64,000 nt of DNA, taken from Clostridia bacterium. GTDB taxonomy: Bacteria; Bacillota; Clostridia; UBA1381. Below are positions 62,493 to 64,000 of the stretch, one piece after another (the stretch's first letter is position 1; every line of letters begins with the position of its first letter). The translations under genes were made by a program, and so were the position numbers. Below the pieces are notes generated by a model that saw only the letters and a list, made by a program, of their open reading frames with translations, was not told where the DNA came from and made no database searches. The stretch spans positions 71,819 through 135,818 of the forward strand of contig JAZKZV010000023.1 in the NCBI GenBank assembly GCA_045612845.1. Direction: 5' to 3'.

Positions 62493-64000
62493 ATGAGAAA
62501 ATTTAAATTTATTGTTGTACTTTATATATACATTTTTATGTCGCTTGTTGCAGGTGCACAGGAGAATACATTTTTTAGTCCTGATGAGATTAAAAAAGAG
62601 AGTAAAAATTATTTTGAGCATTCAACCTCATTTATAGACACTATAAAGTGTAAGGGGATTGAGTTGAGAAACGAAAAGCTTATATTTTACATTGATACTG
62701 ATAAAAAACAGATACAACTTGATTTAAGACCAATACCGCTAAATGCTACAAATCGTGATTTTACATATACATCTGCCGATACGTCAATTATATCGGTTGA
62801 TGAAAATGGTTTAATAACATCTATGAACAAGGGCGGAAAAACAAAAATAAAAATAGAATGTGATGGAGCTTTCGATGAATTTGATGTTGAGGTTATAAAG
62901 GCAGTTGAGGGTGTTAAACTGTCTCGCACAGATATGTTGTTTTATATAGACCAATATACAAGCGCACCTTTAAAAGCTGAGGTTTTACCGAGTGATGCAA
63001 CAAATAAGAAGGTGCATTATAAAAGCTCGGATACTGCGGTTGCATACGTAGATGAAAATGGTGTAGTATCGCCCGTAGGTACAGGCAGTGCAAGAGTGAT
63101 TGCAACGACAGATGATGGCGGTTTTACTGCAGAGTGTACAATATACGTAAAAATTGCAAGCCCTCCATATAAGGCATTATTTATAACAAACGCACCGGAT
63201 TCTATGAGGGTGGGCGAGCAGTATACTTTAAACACATATACATACCCTCAAAACCTGGGTAATCTTATATGGCAAAGCTCAAACGAGAGTGTTATTTCGG
63301 TAAATAGCGGGCAAATGAGTGCATTATCCGAGGGAATGTCTATGATAAGTGTATCAACAAATGACGGATATGAGGATTATTTTAACATTGTTGTTTACGG
63401 TGAAAATGAACAGATTTCACCTAAAATTATATCACAAAGTGTAGAGGAAAGACTGTCTTCTATTCAAATGCCGGTAAGTTATTCAAAAAGCAGATACACG
63501 TTGGAAGAGGCAATCTCAAGGCAGATGAATGTATCACCTACCACATTTACAACAAATGCCAAAAAAGCCACGCGTGATGAAGTGGTAAAATATTTAGATA
63601 CAAAAAACCTCAACACAGAATATGGCAGATACCAGTTCCTCGACCTCAAGAGCATAAATGGCATAAGTGAGGACAGATTAAATAAATATTTAAGCGACAA
63701 GGGTATTTTAAGAGGTAAAGCAAAAGTGTTTATAGATGCGGCAAAGTCAAGTGGAATAAGTGAGATATATTTAGCAGTTCATTCGGTTCATGAGAGTGGT
63801 AACGGAACCTCTGAACTTGCCTGCGGAGTTATGCATAATGGTAAAAAGGTATATAATCTTTTTGGTATAGGTGCATATGACGACAACCCTGTCGGCGGCG
63901 GTGCAGAGTATGCATATAAAGAGGACTGGACAAGCATAGATAAGGCTATTTACGGTGCAGCACGTTGGATAAGTAAAAATTACATAAATTCAGGACAAAA
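62493..64000 (+). CDS. secreted Big_2-repeat protein with a GH73 glucosaminidase domain (3' end outside the window)
   Basis: My hand translation is open from ATG 62493 to the window end. It shows a signal peptide, three Ig-like repeats (NATNRDFTYTSAD..., DATNKKVHYKSSD...) and then a GH73-type region (EIYLAVHSVHESGNGTSELA, YNLFGIGAYD). Confidence 0.7.
   Translation, partial: MRKFKFIVVLYIYIFMSLVAGAQENTFFSPDEIKKESKNYFEHSTSFIDTIKCKGIELRNEKLIFYIDTDKKQIQLDLRPIPLNATNRDFTYTSADTSIISVDENGLITSMNKGGKTKIKIECDGAFDEFDVEVIKAVEGVKLSRTDMLFYIDQYTSAPLKAEVLPSDATNKKVHYKSSDTAVAYVDENGVVSPVGTGSARVIATTDDGGFTAECTIYVKIASPPYKALFITNAPDSMRVGEQYTLNTYTYPQNLGNLIWQSSNESVISVNSGQMSALSEGMSMISVSTNDGYEDYFNIVVYGENEQISPKIISQSVEERLSSIQMPVSYSKSRYTLEEAISRQMNVSPTTFTTNAKKATRDEVVKYLDTKNLNTEYGRYQFLDLKSINGISEDRLNKYLSDKGILRGKAKVFIDAAKSSGISEIYLAVHSVHESGNGTSELACGVMHNGKKVYNLFGIGAYDDNPVGGGAEYAYKEDWTSIDKAIYGAARWISKNYINSGQ

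Overview
Low-GC chromosomal segment from an endospore-forming, Clostridia-type Firmicute. All calls rest on motifs read by eye from the ORF track and the DNA; no searches were run. Core content, left to right:
- queF-queC-queD-queE-folE plus trmB
- ilvB-ilvN-ilvC
- cdaA-cdaR (minus strand)
- an ABC exporter, a pseudouridine synthase and an Asp23-family gene
- the complete spoIIIAA-AH operon (minus strand)
- a two-component system, an acyl-CoA ligase, and an AraC regulator next to a GH94-like phosphorylase
- spoIIID
- a citC / citXG / citDEF-type lyase cluster next to the B12-dependent glutamate mutase and methylaspartase genes (glmS-glmL-glmE-mal)
- a MATE pump
- an F-type ATP synthase operon (minus strand)
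- a LysR regulator with tdh-kbl
- a partial Big_2/GH73 cell-wall hydrolase

Positions about 20.0-27.0 kb are accessory and decayed. They hold pseudogene fragments and a 4.7-kb segment bracketed by about 75-nt direct repeats containing the 3' part of tRNA-Pro(CGG). Several short repeat families also sit there.

Most interesting observations:
1. The ATP synthase operon is non-canonical. A delta C-terminal domain is fused to alpha and no full-length atpH is present. atpG reads through into atpD. The c subunit carries a signal-peptide-like N-terminal extension.
2. A promoter-bearing modular repeat / structured-RNA family occurs three times, always upstream of and co-directional with plus-strand genes. 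It consists of tandem AGCTAAAT units, each followed by a mini-hairpin, enclosed by a long-range stem.
3. A cluster of DnaA-box-like 9-mers lies in the spoIIIAA upstream region.
4. The citrate-lyase-like cluster is probably citramalate lyase of the methylaspartate pathway. An uncharacterised P-loop gene is embedded between citC and citXG.
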